Shown piece after piece: positions 30,651 to 41,317 of a stretch of 64,000 bases of DNA. The stretch is from positions 576,001-640,000 of the forward strand of contig CBDCJO010000001.1 in NCBI GenBank assembly GCA_965217865.1. Direction: 5' to 3'. The stretch is from Candidatus Latescibacterota bacterium (GTDB lineage: Bacteria > Latescibacterota > UBA2968 > SICM01). Positions within the stretch are counted from its first letter, which is position 1. Each line of letters starts with the position of its first letter. The translations under genes and the position numbers were made by a program. Under the pieces are notes generated by a model, which saw nothing but the letters and a program-made list of their open reading frames with translations, ran no database searches and was not told where the DNA came from.

Positions 30651-31385
30651 TTGTCGATGTCCAACGACCTGATTGGCCTAAAAAAACGAATCCACGCAGG
30701 CGAGAAGATCTACGGCGTGGGCATGCCCGCGAACATCAAACGGGACCGGTTCGATGCCATCCTGGATAAGGGTCCCTACGACTTTGTCAACGTCGACAGC
30801 CAGCATTCGCCTTTCAACGAGGAACGACTGGTCGAGTTCTGTGCTATGGCGGAAGAGCGCGACGTCTTCGTCCAGTTTCGGATCAAACATACCCGGCACG
30901 CGTACCTGATCGGCAACAACCTGGACCTGGGACCTTGCGGAATCGAAGTCCCCCAGACCGAGCTCGAATCGACCGCCGAGGAGGCGGTCCAGGCCTTCTA
31001 TTATCCGCCCGAAGGCGGTAGAAGCCTCGGGGGAGCGGCGCGTCGGGGAGCGAAAGAACGTCAAGACTGGTTCGAGTATATCGAGTGGTGGAACCGGTTT
31101 GGCGTGCTCTGGTTGCAAATCGAATCGATCGAATCCGCGACCCACGTGCGACAGCTCGCGAAGCAGGGAGTGGACTGCTTCTCATTCGGACCGGCCGACC
31201 TGTCCATAAACATGAGATCCCATCCCCAGCATCCATTTAAGAGCCTGGACGACTGCGTCAGTTACGTGGTCAGGGCCCTGGAGGGAACGACCGTGGCCGT
31301 CTGCTTCAGAAACTATAACCCGGACCTACGCGAGAAGTACGCCGACATGGGCGTAAGGGTTTTTCTTGAACTTCCTCAAGTCTGA
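30651..31385 (+). CDS. HpcH/HpaI aldolase-family protein
   Basis: DFVNVDSQHSP, YYPPEGGRSLG, LQIES, GVDCFSFGPADLS. Confidence 0.88.
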   Translation: MSMSNDLIGLKKRIHAGEKIYGVGMPANIKRDRFDAILDKGPYDFVNVDSQHSPFNEERLVEFCAMAEERDVFVQFRIKHTRHAYLIGNNLDLGPCGIEVPQTELESTAEEAVQAFYYPPEGGRSLGGAARRGAKERQDWFEYIEWWNRFGVLWLQIESIESATHVRQLAKQGVDCFSFGPADLSINMRSHPQHPFKSLDDCVSYVVRALEGTTVAVCFRNYNPDLREKYADMGVRVFLELPQV

Positions 31386-31415
31386 AAGGAAAGGATGGGG
31401 TGTGTAAGAGTTGCG

Positions 31416-32314
31416 ACCCAGGGCGATGCCCTGGGTTAAGGGACAACGCTCCGTTGCGCTGAAAGAAGGCCATGACTTTAGTCTCGGCTTTTCGATATGG
31501 AGATCTTCCTGGTTTTTTTGTGAAACCGAAGTTCTGTGAGACGATGCATCAGCGGGCCAACGGTCCGCGATCCGGATCAATACCACACATACCGTAGATG
31601 AATCAGGATGGTGGACAGGGATTGGGGGATGTGAAATTATCGCGGCCCTTCAGGCCGCATGACGCTATTTCTTCGCAGGACCCAGGGCGATGCCCTGGGT
31701 TGAGGAATAACGCGCTGTTGGCGCTGAAAGAAGGCCCTGACATTAATCTCAGCTTTTCGATATGGAGATTTTCCTGGTTTTTTTGTGAAACCGAAGTTCT
31801 GTGAGACGACGCATCAGCGGGCCAACGGTCCGCGATCCGGATCAATACCACACATACCGTTCATCGTAGGCCACTCGATACTGTCCCAAGAATGAATCAG
31901 GATGCGGGACAGGGATTAGGCGATGTGAAATTATCGCGGCCCTTCAGGCCGCATGACGCTATTTCTTCGCAGGACCCAGGGCGATGCCCTGGGTTGAGGA
32001 ATAACGCGCCGTTGGCGCTGAAAGAAGATCCTGACTTTAATCTCGACTTTTCGATATGGAGATCTTCCTGGTTTTTGTGAAACCGAAGTTCTGTGATGCG
32101 ACGCATCAGCGGGCCAACGGTCCGCGATCCGGATCAATACCACACATACCGTAGATGAACCAGGATGTGAGACAGAGATTGGGGGATGTGAAATTATCGC
32201 GGCCCTTCAGGCCGCACGACGCTATTTCTTCGCAGGACCCAGGGCGATGCCCTGGGTTAAGGGACAACGCGCCGTTGGCGCTGAAACAAGACCCTGACTT
32301 TAGTCTCGGCTTTT
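31416..32314. repeat. Tandem array of about 263-bp units (about 3.3 copies) with REP-like palindromes
   Basis: Unit starts atgaa(t/c)caggatg at 31598, 31892, 32155; acccagggcgatgccctgggt palindrome occurs four times. Confidence 0.9.
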
Positions 32315-33881
32315 ACTCTTTGAACTTCAGCATCCTCCCCGGCAATTCTTCTCCCAGGTTCTCCACGGCTTTGCCTTCCGACACGATCACAGTCCCGTTT
32401 ACCGCGACATACGGAATCCCTTCGGGAAACTGATGGGGGTCCTTGTAAGTCGCCCGGTCCGTCACGGTATCGGGATCGAACACCACGAGGTCCGCGAAGG
32501 CCCCCTCCCGGATCACCCCCCTGTCCTTCAGCCCGAATCGCTCTGCGGGATATCCGCTCAACCGCCTCACAGCATCCTCCAACGATAACAACTTGCGGTC
32601 CCTCACGAGCGGTCCCAGCAGCCGCGGCGCCGAACCGTAGACACGCGGGTGGACGAGGCCGTCCTCGAAAAAAACACCGTCGGAACCCATCATGAACTTC
32701 GGGTGGACGAGCATGGGATCGACGATGCGGTCATCCCCGTGGTGAAAGACCAGTAGCACCCCCAGTCTTTCGTCGATCAACAGATCGCACAGGGCGTCCG
32801 TCCTGTTCTTACCGGAACAATCCACGAACTCCTTCAGCGACATCCCCTGAATTCGGGCGTTCTGTTTGCTTCCCACCCAGGCGATAATTATCTGATCGTG
32901 AGGGGTGTGATGATCCGAAAGAACCTCGGAAACACGGCTCCGAACTCCTGGATCGGCCAGCTTCTTGAACGCAGCCAGGGGACCCTCGGTCCAGACCTCG
33001 TAAGGCATGAGGTAGTTGAGCATCGTCGAACCCGGGAGATAGGGATAGACGTCGAACGAGAAGTCCACCTCCCGGCATGCCACCCGGTCCACATAAGAGA
33101 GGATCTCGTCGGCCTCCTCTAGGGACCTCCCCTTCAGATGCGAGATGTGAACGGGCATCCCCGCCCGGCGTCCGATCTCCACGGCCTCCTCGAGCGCTTT
33201 CATCAATCCCTTCTTGTATCGCATATGTGTGACATACAGTCCATTCCAGGGGGCCATCGCCTCACAGACTTCGACGATTTCATCCGTCGAAGCGAAACAC
33301 TGCGCGATATAATCTATCCCGGTCGAAACCCCCACCGCCCCCTCCTCCATTCCCTTTCTAACCTCCTGCCGCATAACGTTCAACTGCACGTCATCCGGTG
33401 GCCCCCCACCCCATCCGTAGGCCAGGGACCGTACATTTGCGTACGGGATATGTGCGATCACATTCTGTACGTTGTGCCTGTCCAGAAGCGTCAGGTATTC
33501 GGAGATACTCCGCCAGCCCGTATAGTCGCTGAGTTGAAGACCATCCAGCGCGAGGAGATAGAGAAACCAGTGCGGGGCTGTGGCCGGAGACACCGGCGCA
33601 TACGAAATACCGTCCACCATCAGGACCTCGGTCGTGAATCCCTGGGACGTCTTACAGAGAAGGTTGGGAATCTTGAGCAGCCAGCCGTCTGAATGGTTGT
33701 GGACATCCACGAACCCCGGGGCAACCACCATTCCCCGGGCATCGATCGTGTTCTTCCCGTCGAGCGAATCGGAATCGCCCACCAGGACGATTCGTTCACC
33801 GCTAACTCCAACATCTGCCCGACGCCTTGGGGCACCTGTCCCGTCGATCACCGTGCCGTTTTTGATAATCAGATCGTACAA
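32313..33881 (-). CDS. N-acyl-D-amino-acid deacylase (D-aminoacylase, amidohydrolase family)
   Basis: YDLIIKNGTVIDGTG, APGFVDVHNHSD, HPRVYG, GAFADLVVFDP. Confidence 0.92.
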   Translation of the reverse strand: MYDLIIKNGTVIDGTGAPRRRADVGVSGERIVLVGDSDSLDGKNTIDARGMVVAPGFVDVHNHSDGWLLKIPNLLCKTSQGFTTEVLMVDGISYAPVSPATAPHWFLYLLALDGLQLSDYTGWRSISEYLTLLDRHNVQNVIAHIPYANVRSLAYGWGGGPPDDVQLNVMRQEVRKGMEEGAVGVSTGIDYIAQCFASTDEIVEVCEAMAPWNGLYVTHMRYKKGLMKALEEAVEIGRRAGMPVHISHLKGRSLEEADEILSYVDRVACREVDFSFDVYPYLPGSTMLNYLMPYEVWTEGPLAAFKKLADPGVRSRVSEVLSDHHTPHDQIIIAWVGSKQNARIQGMSLKEFVDCSGKNRTDALCDLLIDERLGVLLVFHHGDDRIVDPMLVHPKFMMGSDGVFFEDGLVHPRVYGSAPRLLGPLVRDRKLLSLEDAVRRLSGYPAERFGLKDRGVIREGAFADLVVFDPDTVTDRATYKDPHQFPEGIPYVAVNGTVIVSEGKAVENLGEELPGRMLKFKE

Positions 33882-33938
33882 AAAATCCTCTCTTTGATGG
33901 ATTTGGACTTATGCGAGATACGCTTCACGGCCTTTAAT

Positions 33939-34925
33939 TCATTCGATCTTCAAAAACGTCCCCCCTTGCCGCGCGGACTCCTGCGCGATCAGGCAGGCCT
34001 TGGATACCGCCAGAACGTCCCCCGTCGATATGAAATTCTCCTCTTCTCTTGAAATCGCCTCGATCATATCCTGTACGAACAGGTCGTCCCGGGACACGGG
34101 CATCTTTGGCTCATAGGTTCCCCGGTCGTCCGTCACGATCAGGAGATGATCCCCTGCATACGCCCGGAGGTGTGCGGATCCCCTTGTCCCCATGACGATC
34201 ACCCGGGAATCTCCAAATGAACGGGAGTCCTGAGGGGTCAGCCAGTCCGCCGTCAGCAAGGCCATTGCGCCGTTGCTCAGTTCGAACGACGCCTGGATGT
34301 GGTCAACCAACCGAGGCTCCAGGTGCTTCTTGCAGGTCTCCAGTGCGTGAACGCCAATATATTCCGCTCCCGTCAGCCATCTCACCTGGTCTACCCCGTG
34401 GCACGCCAGGTCGTGGAACGTCCCGGTGTAAGCCCCAGGGTCAAAGTACCAGTCCGGACGCCACGGACCCAGCTTGTGCGGATGGGTCGAGATCAAACTC
34501 ACGATCTCGCCGAGCACACCCTCGAGGATCGCGTCGCGCAGCGCCAAAAAAGGCGGATAGCTTCTGGATGTAAACCACATGGAGATCCGGATGTCCTCAG
34601 TCGCCTTCCGGATGCGCTCCCAGTCCTCCAGATTCCGACAGAGGGGCTTGTCGAGAAGCACATGAACCCCGGCCCTTCCGCACGCCGCCACCAGCGCAGC
34701 CTTCTCCCCGTGCGCGATACCCTCGAGGATCAGCTCCGGCCGGCCCTCCTCGAGCAGCTCATCTAGACTCTTATAGCGTGGGATCTTTCGATCCTTATTG
34801 TACTCATCGTATAGCGAATCATCCGCCTCAACGATCCCCACAACCTCCCCATCCTCCGCTTTTAAAGCCGACTGGAACATCCCGCCGATATGCCCGTAAT
34901 GCACGCCAACGACACCTATTCTCAT
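33939..34925 (-). CDS. Gfo/Idh/MocA-family oxidoreductase
   Basis: RIGVVG, GVHVLLDKP, DLACHGVD. Confidence 0.88.
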   Translation of the reverse strand: MRIGVVGVHYGHIGGMFQSALKAEDGEVVGIVEADDSLYDEYNKDRKIPRYKSLDELLEEGRPELILEGIAHGEKAALVAACGRAGVHVLLDKPLCRNLEDWERIRKATEDIRISMWFTSRSYPPFLALRDAILEGVLGEIVSLISTHPHKLGPWRPDWYFDPGAYTGTFHDLACHGVDQVRWLTGAEYIGVHALETCKKHLEPRLVDHIQASFELSNGAMALLTADWLTPQDSRSFGDSRVIVMGTRGSAHLRAYAGDHLLIVTDDRGTYEPKMPVSRDDLFVQDMIEAISREEENFISTGDVLAVSKACLIAQESARQGGTFLKIE

Positions 34926-35033
34926 TGCCCTTCCTCCTCAACCAGTTCATTGAATATTGAATATCGAGAAATTGAATATTAGGGACAACTCAGTTGCCTT
35001 TCTTGTACCCTTATGGATCACACGCTTCAATAT

Positions 35034-36215
35034 TCAATCTTCGATCTTCAATTTCACTTTCCCTCTCTTATCAATCGCAAAGACGCTGCGCATTTCTTCG
35101 AACTCAGGAATGCTCGATTTTCCTTTCAGAGCCATTTCCGCAAGAACCCTTCCCGTCAACGGCCCGAACTTGAAACCGTGCCCCGAAAACCCCGCGCCGA
35201 TCGAGATTCTTTGGTTCTCAGGATGCAGGTCGATGATGAAGTCCTCTGTCTCGGTATTCGTGTAAAGACATAATTCCGAATCCACGAACCGTTCGACCGG
35301 GGGAACGAAGGTGTCCTCCAGGAATCCTCTCAGACGGTCGATCTCTATGGTATCCACCTTATCCCCAACTTCGTCCGGATCGTCGTCACATTCCTTGATC
35401 ACGTGTCTGGCGACCTTGATTCCCTCCCTTCCAAACTCCGGAAGGCCGTAATACATCGTATTCCTACCGTACCCCAGATCAGCCCATACGGGAAACCGTC
35501 CCAACCGATAATCCTCCGGTTCCCCGGCCAGCTTAAAATACCCGACCGTTTGTCGAGCTACCCGGGTCCTCTGCTTCAGGAAAGGCACCAACCGGGAGGT
35601 CCATGCCCCAGCAGTGATCACAAGCCGTTCGGCGTCAAAAGATCCGCGATTCGTCTCCACACGAATGGGATCGCTTGCCGGATCCACGGAAAGGACCTGT
35701 GTCTCTTCGTGAACCTCTGTTCCGTATTGATGACACAGTCCCTGCAGGGCGGAGATCGTCTCACCCGCCGCGATCAGTCCCGAAGTACGATCGTGCAACA
35801 CACCCTCAACGTTCTCGAACCGGAACATGGGGAACCTACGACGGGCTTCGTCCACCTCGAGATATTCGACGGCCACATCCACCTGGGAAACCGCCCGGGC
35901 ATATTCTTCAAAAGATCCGTTGGGCGGACCATAAAAGCATCCCGGAGAGGGATGGATCAGCGTCCGGTCCGCGTCCCGTTCCAGCCTCGGCCATTCCTCG
36001 CCCTGGACCACCTTCAAAAGCCGGACATAGCCCGGATCTGGGTAGGCGCTCCTGGTGATCCGTGAGGTACCGTGCGAGCTGCCCCGGTCGTGTCCGATTC
36101 GAAACCGCTCGATGAGACCAATTCGCTTGCAGCCCAGCCGATGGAAGTGATAGACAGCCGACAGCCCGTTGATACCCCCCCCGATCACCAGCGCCTCGAA
36201 AACCGTTCCTCCCAT
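35034..36215 (-). CDS. solA: Monomeric sarcosine / N-methyl-L-tryptophan oxidase family flavoprotein
   Basis: IGGGINGLS, HDRGSSHGTSRITR, CLYT, GFSGHGFKFGP. Confidence 0.85.
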   Translation of the reverse strand: MGGTVFEALVIGGGINGLSAVYHFHRLGCKRIGLIERFRIGHDRGSSHGTSRITRSAYPDPGYVRLLKVVQGEEWPRLERDADRTLIHPSPGCFYGPPNGSFEEYARAVSQVDVAVEYLEVDEARRRFPMFRFENVEGVLHDRTSGLIAAGETISALQGLCHQYGTEVHEETQVLSVDPASDPIRVETNRGSFDAERLVITAGAWTSRLVPFLKQRTRVARQTVGYFKLAGEPEDYRLGRFPVWADLGYGRNTMYYGLPEFGREGIKVARHVIKECDDDPDEVGDKVDTIEIDRLRGFLEDTFVPPVERFVDSELCLYTNTETEDFIIDLHPENQRISIGAGFSGHGFKFGPLTGRVLAEMALKGKSSIPEFEEMRSVFAIDKRGKVKLKIED

Positions 36216-36376
36216 CCGCTCCTCCCTTCCAAGACGTCAAACGTGAAACGTCAAACAAAACCTCATCCGGCTACTGCTACTGCCTTTGCATTTTCGATCC
36301 CTAACTTCTGACCCTGACCCTTGACTTTTGCATTCTCGACTTTTGCATCTTTCAATTTGCTATTCCTTCTTGACAC

Positions 36377-36490
36377 CCCTCCCCCGGCCCCTCCCCGAAA
36401 CGGGGAGGGGTGGGCAATGTGGTTGGAATTTGTCTAAATTACAGGCATTAGCCCCCTTCCCGTTTCGGGAAGGGGGTTTGGGGGTTAGGT
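36377..36490. repeat. REP-like palindrome doublet (related copies at 38284-38395 and 42965-43020)
   Basis: cctccccgaaacggggagg and ccccttcccgtttcgggaagggg. Confidence 0.65.
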
Positions 36491-36540
36491 GTGACAACCC
36501 ATCGAATTTTTTCGTTCGTCAAAACTATCCTTTCACTCAC

Positions 36541-37254
36541 TCATGTCACCATCTCCTCCGTCAGATGGTCCACCCGATTCAGAAATCGCATCTCAATCTT
36601 TTCCGGCGTGAAGTCCACACGACTGATCGCAGTATTGTTCTGCGTGAATCGTATATAAGGGCCGCCGCGGGGCAAACCGAAAAGAACATCCATCAGACTG
36701 TTTCCGAATCCGCCGTGCGTGACCATGCCGATCCGCTCCTCAGAGTCCGCAAGCCCTTGAAGCTCATCCGCGACCCGTTGGGAACGAGCATACCAGGCGT
36801 CCTCCCCCTCACAGTCGCCGTCCCACCATCCGTTCTCCCGAATCCCGTCCGGAAGGACGAAATTCGGGAACCGCTCCTCGATCTCCTTGCGTCCCATACC
36901 CGGCAGCCCGACCGGGCCCCGTTCGTCCCCACGGTCCAGCCAAATCCCCCCGTGTTCGTGCACGTCGATCCAGACGTCGGGGGTGAGTCCCGTGGTGACC
37001 CGGATCGCCTCCGCCGTCTCGAACCCCCGAAGCATCGGACTCGCGTAGAGGCGTGTAAGCCGCAGCCCGCGCTCCCCGTCCCACGATCCGCACCGTGCCC
37101 AGTCCAGATCTTCCAACCGGCGGGCAACGAACTCAGCCTGTTGTCTGCCCAGGTCCGTCAGCGGAGGATCGCACACACGCTCTTTTCCATCTTCGACCGC
37201 ATTGTTATACGATTGGCCGTGACGGATGATGTAGAGTTCCAATGTTCTATCCAA
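36541..37254 (-). CDS. Histidine phosphatase (phosphoglycerate mutase family)
   Basis: YIIRHGQS, YASPMLR, MVTHGG. Confidence 0.92.
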   Translation of the reverse strand: MDRTLELYIIRHGQSYNNAVEDGKERVCDPPLTDLGRQQAEFVARRLEDLDWARCGSWDGERGLRLTRLYASPMLRGFETAEAIRVTTGLTPDVWIDVHEHGGIWLDRGDERGPVGLPGMGRKEIEERFPNFVLPDGIRENGWWDGDCEGEDAWYARSQRVADELQGLADSEERIGMVTHGGFGNSLMDVLFGLPRGGPYIRFTQNNTAISRVDFTPEKIEMRFLNRVDHLTEEMVT

Positions 37255-38250
37255 ACCTTTCTCGTAGACGCGCCGCCGCCGTGGCCTCGTTCTTCAACTT
37301 TTGGTACGCCTCATCCAGAGGGATCTCCGCCGCGCTTCCGGGGGCGAAACCGCAGTCCGGGTTGAGTGTGATGCGCTCCCGCGGGATGTACTTCATCGCC
37401 TCCTCGACCCGCCCCGCGATCTCCTCCGGCGTATCCACGTGCTCGCTCCGAACATCCACGCAGCCCACGCCGATCTCCTTATCCTCGGGCAGTTCCCTCA
37501 AGACTTCAAGATCCCCTGTGACCGGGATCGAAAACTCCATCACATACCCGTCCAGTTTTAGCCGTTGGAGAAACGGAATGATCGGTCCGTACCCCCCCTC
37601 CCCGATCCGGTTCAAAAGGTCGACGCATAGCCCGGCTTCCGTTTCCCAATCCTCATACTGGCTCCTCACCCTTTGATCCACGAAAAGACACAGATGGGGA
37701 TCGTCAAACTGAACCACGTCCGAACCCGCATCGCGTACGGCGATCAGCTCATCTCGCAGGACCGGAACCAGGGCCTCCATAAAACTTTCCCGGGTCGGAT
37801 AGACCCTGCGTGATTGTTCCGGATCCCACATTCGCTGACCAAGAAGGTAGGGTGAGGGCAGGCACACCTTGACCTTCCGGTCGGTATTCTGCTTCAGGAA
37901 CCGCACCTCTTCTGCTATGAAACCCTGATGTCGAACGCTCAGCGGCCTCACGACAGTGTGCCAGGACAGACCCTCCTGCAGGCTGCGCTCGAACCCGTCG
38001 CATATCTCGGCGATGACCCCGATGTACGATCGCCGCCGCCATTCGCCATCCGAGATAATATCCAGGCCGGCCGCCTCCTGAAGCCCGATCGCAAACCTGA
38101 CCGCCGTATCCATCCGTTTCTGGTAGACCTCTTGAGGAAGGGAATCCTGTTCCTCAAGGAGATCCCGGACAAACTGCGGCCGGGGCAGACTTCCGACCAC
38201 GGAAGCGGGAAACAGGTGTACCCGTGATTCGTGATCCGTGATCCGTCCAT
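37247..38250 (-). pseudogene. Cobalamin-independent methionine synthase II family protein, apparently damaged
   Basis: VGSLPRP, ISDGEWRR, VQFDDP, LNPDCGF; the HxC zinc-ligand segment is missing and the ATG at 38250 is out of frame. Confidence 0.7.
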
Positions 38251-38453
38251 TTTCGCTTTCAATTTTGGAATTCCATCTTAGGACCCCTCCCTCGGCCCCT
38301 CCCCTAAAGGAGAGGGGAGATCATACGTTTGAATTTTTGCGAAAATATAGGCGGCATCCCCCTTCCCTTTAGGGAAGGGGGCGCAGGGGGCTAGGTCTGA
38401 CACTTGATTGAATTCTGTATGTTCGTCACGAATACTCTAATCCGGATTGCCCT

Positions 38454-38586
38454 CGTAGGGGCACGGCATGCCGTGCCCCTACACCAATTTATCGGGCCAC
38501 CGGATTCTCGATTGGGGCGAGGCGATGCCTCGCCCAGTGATTCGTCCATATCCCATTGACGGGCGGACACACAGGTCCGCCCCTAC
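38454..38586. repeat. GTAG-type REP palindrome cluster
   Basis: gtaggggcacggcatgccgtgcccctac; ggggcgaggcgatgcctcgccc; gggcggac...gtccgcccctac. Confidence 0.75.
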
Positions 38587-38634
38587 ACACGACTTCTGGG
38601 CCTCCGACCCCTGACTTTGCCTTTCCTGCTACTG

Positions 38635-39384
38635 CTACTGCCACGATCTCATAGCTATTTCATAATCCTCCGTCGTATCCACCTCCATATAATCCCCGTG
38701 CGTATCCACCTTGTGCACCGGCACACCCTGTTCGATCATCTCCTGGATCATCTGGATGAAAAAAGCCTTCGCCACGGACTCAGCGCCCTGGAAGGAACGG
38801 CCGTCGTTCGCCCCCAGGACTCGTCCATAATGTTCCGTCAGCATCCTGGCACCCGCTGGGCTGAACATTGCAACGCCGATGAATTCTCCGTGGGCTTCTT
38901 CGGATTTGACATCCCTGCTGATGCGGGTCAGTCTATCCCCATCGGCCGTGACCTTCTCCGCATCCCCCTCGGGGTGCTGTGTGCGGATCTCGTAGCGCCT
39001 CCGCCAATCCGTATCCACGGCCAGCGTGACGTCGTGCGGACTGTCGACCAGATCCTGTATGATCCGGGGTCGAAAAAGGATATCTCCATAGGAGCATACG
39101 AACCCTTCTGAAAAATGCGACTCCGCGACAAAAAGAGAGGCAAGAATATTGTTCCGCTCCCATTCGGAATTGTGACAGAAAACCAGGGAGGGATACTCGG
39201 AGCGAACCTTTTCGATCTGATAACCGCCGATGAAAACTACCTCGCGGATACCCGCTGAATCGAATGCCTCCAGGGCCCAGTCCAGAATCCGCTTCCCTCC
39301 GATCTCCGCGAGACACTTCGGGGCATCCGTGGTGAGCGGCATCAGACGCTTCCCCCGTCCCGCACCGATGATGATGGCTTTCAA
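38635..39384 (-). CDS. Phosphocholine cytidylyltransferase-like nucleotidyltransferase
   Basis: KAIIIGAGRGKRL...PKCL, SYGDILF, EVDTTEDY; likely TTG start at 39384 behind CAGGAG. Confidence 0.88.
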   Translation of the reverse strand: MKAIIIGAGRGKRLMPLTTDAPKCLAEIGGKRILDWALEAFDSAGIREVVFIGGYQIEKVRSEYPSLVFCHNSEWERNNILASLFVAESHFSEGFVCSYGDILFRPRIIQDLVDSPHDVTLAVDTDWRRRYEIRTQHPEGDAEKVTADGDRLTRISRDVKSEEAHGEFIGVAMFSPAGARMLTEHYGRVLGANDGRSFQGAESVAKAFFIQMIQEMIEQGVPVHKVDTHGDYMEVDTTEDYEIAMRSWQ

Positions 39385-39560
39385 AATCCGGACTCCTGGG
39401 CAACTTTTACCTGAAATAACCCACATGCTCCACCGGTACCGCCCCATTTCAAACCGTCGCCCAATTTAAGGCCGGCCCATTTCTCTGTCAACGCAAATTC
39501 GGTCCGAAGGACCTCTTCGGGACCCAATAATGCCCCATCATGAACCCCTTTTCTCCCAAG

Positions 39561-39589
39561 TTGACAATAACCGTACCTGATAGTATATT
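39561..39589 (+). promoter_or_regulatory. Sigma70 promoter
   Basis: TTGACA-17bp-TATATT upstream of 39641. Confidence 0.65.
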
Positions 39590-39640
39590 TTCGATCTCAC
39601 AAAAAGGATAAATCATCGGAAACCATCAACTGGAGAGACT

Positions 39641-40669
39641 ATGTCAGGCGCAGACCAATTTACCATCGTCGGCGAAAACATCCACACCACACGGGCTTTG
39701 TCTAAAAAAGGAAAGAGAATCAAAATCCTGAAAGACGGCAGAGAGGGCATCCGCTTCAAGAATGCCGAAGGAAAAACCAGATTTCTCCGGGTTCCCCTGG
39801 AATATCGAAAAAAACAGGATTACGAGGAGGGACGGATCAAGCACGTACAGCTTGCGGTTCAGGCCGGGCTCTGGGGAGAAGGAGATGATCGGGAAAGAGG
39901 AATCGAATACATCCACAGTGAAGCCCGGCGTCAGGTGGCGGCCGGGGCGCATTTCCTCGACCTGAACGTGGACGAAGTCTCCTTGAAACCAGAAGAGCAG
40001 CAGGAGGCGATGCGCTGGCTCGTCCCCATCGTCCGGACCCATTCTCCGATACCTCCATCCATCGATTCTTCGAACCCGGAGACCATCGAAGTGGGCCTGA
40101 AGGCATACGACGGAGGGTCCGGCCGGCCTCTGCTCAACTCAGCAGCTCTGGAGCGGCCGGAGGTCCTCGATCTCGTCATGGAATTCGACTCCCGGGTGAT
40201 CATCACCGCGTCCGGAGAAAGCGGGATGCCCGATGACGAAGAAGAACGGATGTCGAATATCGGGGAGATGATGGGAATCGCCGAAACCAAAGGGATACCC
40301 AAGCGTGATATCTACATCGACGCCCTGGTCTTCCCGATCGCAGTCGATGCGCGTTTCGGAAATCACTACCTGGAGGCCGTGCGTCAATCCCGAAAATTTT
40401 TTGGGGACGAAGTCCACATCCTGGGAGGCCTGAGCAACGTGTCGTTCGGCATCCCGCAGCGCAAGCTCGTAAACGAAGTCTTTATCTCCCTTGCCGTGGA
40501 GGCCGGTGCGGACGGGGCTATCATGGATCCCCTTCAGAACCGCCTGGAGGAAGTGTTCAACCTCGATAAAAGCACGGAAGCCTACCGTTTTGCCCACGAG
40601 ATGTTGACAGGCAAGGACGATTTTTGTGAAAAGTACATCGAAGCCTGGCGGGCGGGGAAATTGGGATAA
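39641..40669 (+). CDS. Pterin-binding methyltetrahydrofolate:corrinoid methyltransferase-like protein
   Basis: IVGENIHTT, GAHFLDLNVD, SIDSS, LLNS, GGLSNVSFGIP, GAIMDP. Confidence 0.85.
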   Translation: MSGADQFTIVGENIHTTRALSKKGKRIKILKDGREGIRFKNAEGKTRFLRVPLEYRKKQDYEEGRIKHVQLAVQAGLWGEGDDRERGIEYIHSEARRQVAAGAHFLDLNVDEVSLKPEEQQEAMRWLVPIVRTHSPIPPSIDSSNPETIEVGLKAYDGGSGRPLLNSAALERPEVLDLVMEFDSRVIITASGESGMPDDEEERMSNIGEMMGIAETKGIPKRDIYIDALVFPIAVDARFGNHYLEAVRQSRKFFGDEVHILGGLSNVSFGIPQRKLVNEVFISLAVEAGADGAIMDPLQNRLEEVFNLDKSTEAYRFAHEMLTGKDDFCEKYIEAWRAGKLG

Positions 40670-40721
40670 AGCCGTCGTAGGTTGTTCGTGAATCGTCGCT
40701 CGTATTCGCGGAGGGTTCCCA

Positions 40722-41069
40722 ATGGCCAAAGTAAGAATCATGTACTGGAAAGAGATCCCCGCCCAGGTCAAGGCCGAAGACGATGACCGGGAGATATCGA
40801 TGCCCCTGCCCGATCGATTTCAGGAAGGCATCGACGAAATATCGATGTTCGACGGGAGCTATGAAGCCGACGTATACTTGGAATCCTGGGAATGGGGGCC
40901 AGAGATCGAAGTGGAGGGATCCGCGGAGGAGGCCGGACAGGCGACCGTTAAGAGAATCGAGAGTGGATTTCCCGAGGATTTTGTCAAGCGAATCCGGGCC
41001 TTGCATGGGGCCGAAAAGCGCGATCCGAAGCCCGGGGCCGTGGACCACTGGATGGACGAAAAACAGTGA
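40722..41069 (+). CDS. Virulence_fact-domain small protein (commonly near corrinoid methyltransferase genes)
   Basis: IMYWKEIPAQV...LPDRFQEGID...YLESW. Confidence 0.75.
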   Translation: MAKVRIMYWKEIPAQVKAEDDDREISMPLPDRFQEGIDEISMFDGSYEADVYLESWEWGPEIEVEGSAEEAGQATVKRIESGFPEDFVKRIRALHGAEKRDPKPGAVDHWMDEKQ

Positions 41070-41127
41070 CTGTTGGATTGCGGTTTTATTGCTTTTTCCA
41101 TTTCCAAGGCCCCGCGGCGTTTGAGCG

Positions 41128-41301
41128 TCCTTCGACTACGCTCAGGAGGTGCTCCTTCGACTGCGTCCCCCAAAAACCGGGGGACTCCGCTCAGGATGTA
41201 GTCGAAATGATCGATCAAGGAAATACCTTTGTGACGAATACCGCGAGCACCTGGATAATATCCTGAGCGGAGCGGCGGTTTTTGCCGCGTAGTCGAAGGA
41301 T
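41128..41301. repeat. REP-like inverted repeats
   Basis: tccttcgactacgctcagga ... tcctgagcggagc...gtagtcgaagga. Confidence 0.6.
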
Positions 41302-41317
41302 GACTCTCGACTCATAT

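Noticed and set aside
31416-32314. CRISPR array or repeated small ORFs
   Set aside because: The whole 263-bp unit repeats without unique spacers, and the ORFs change frame between units.
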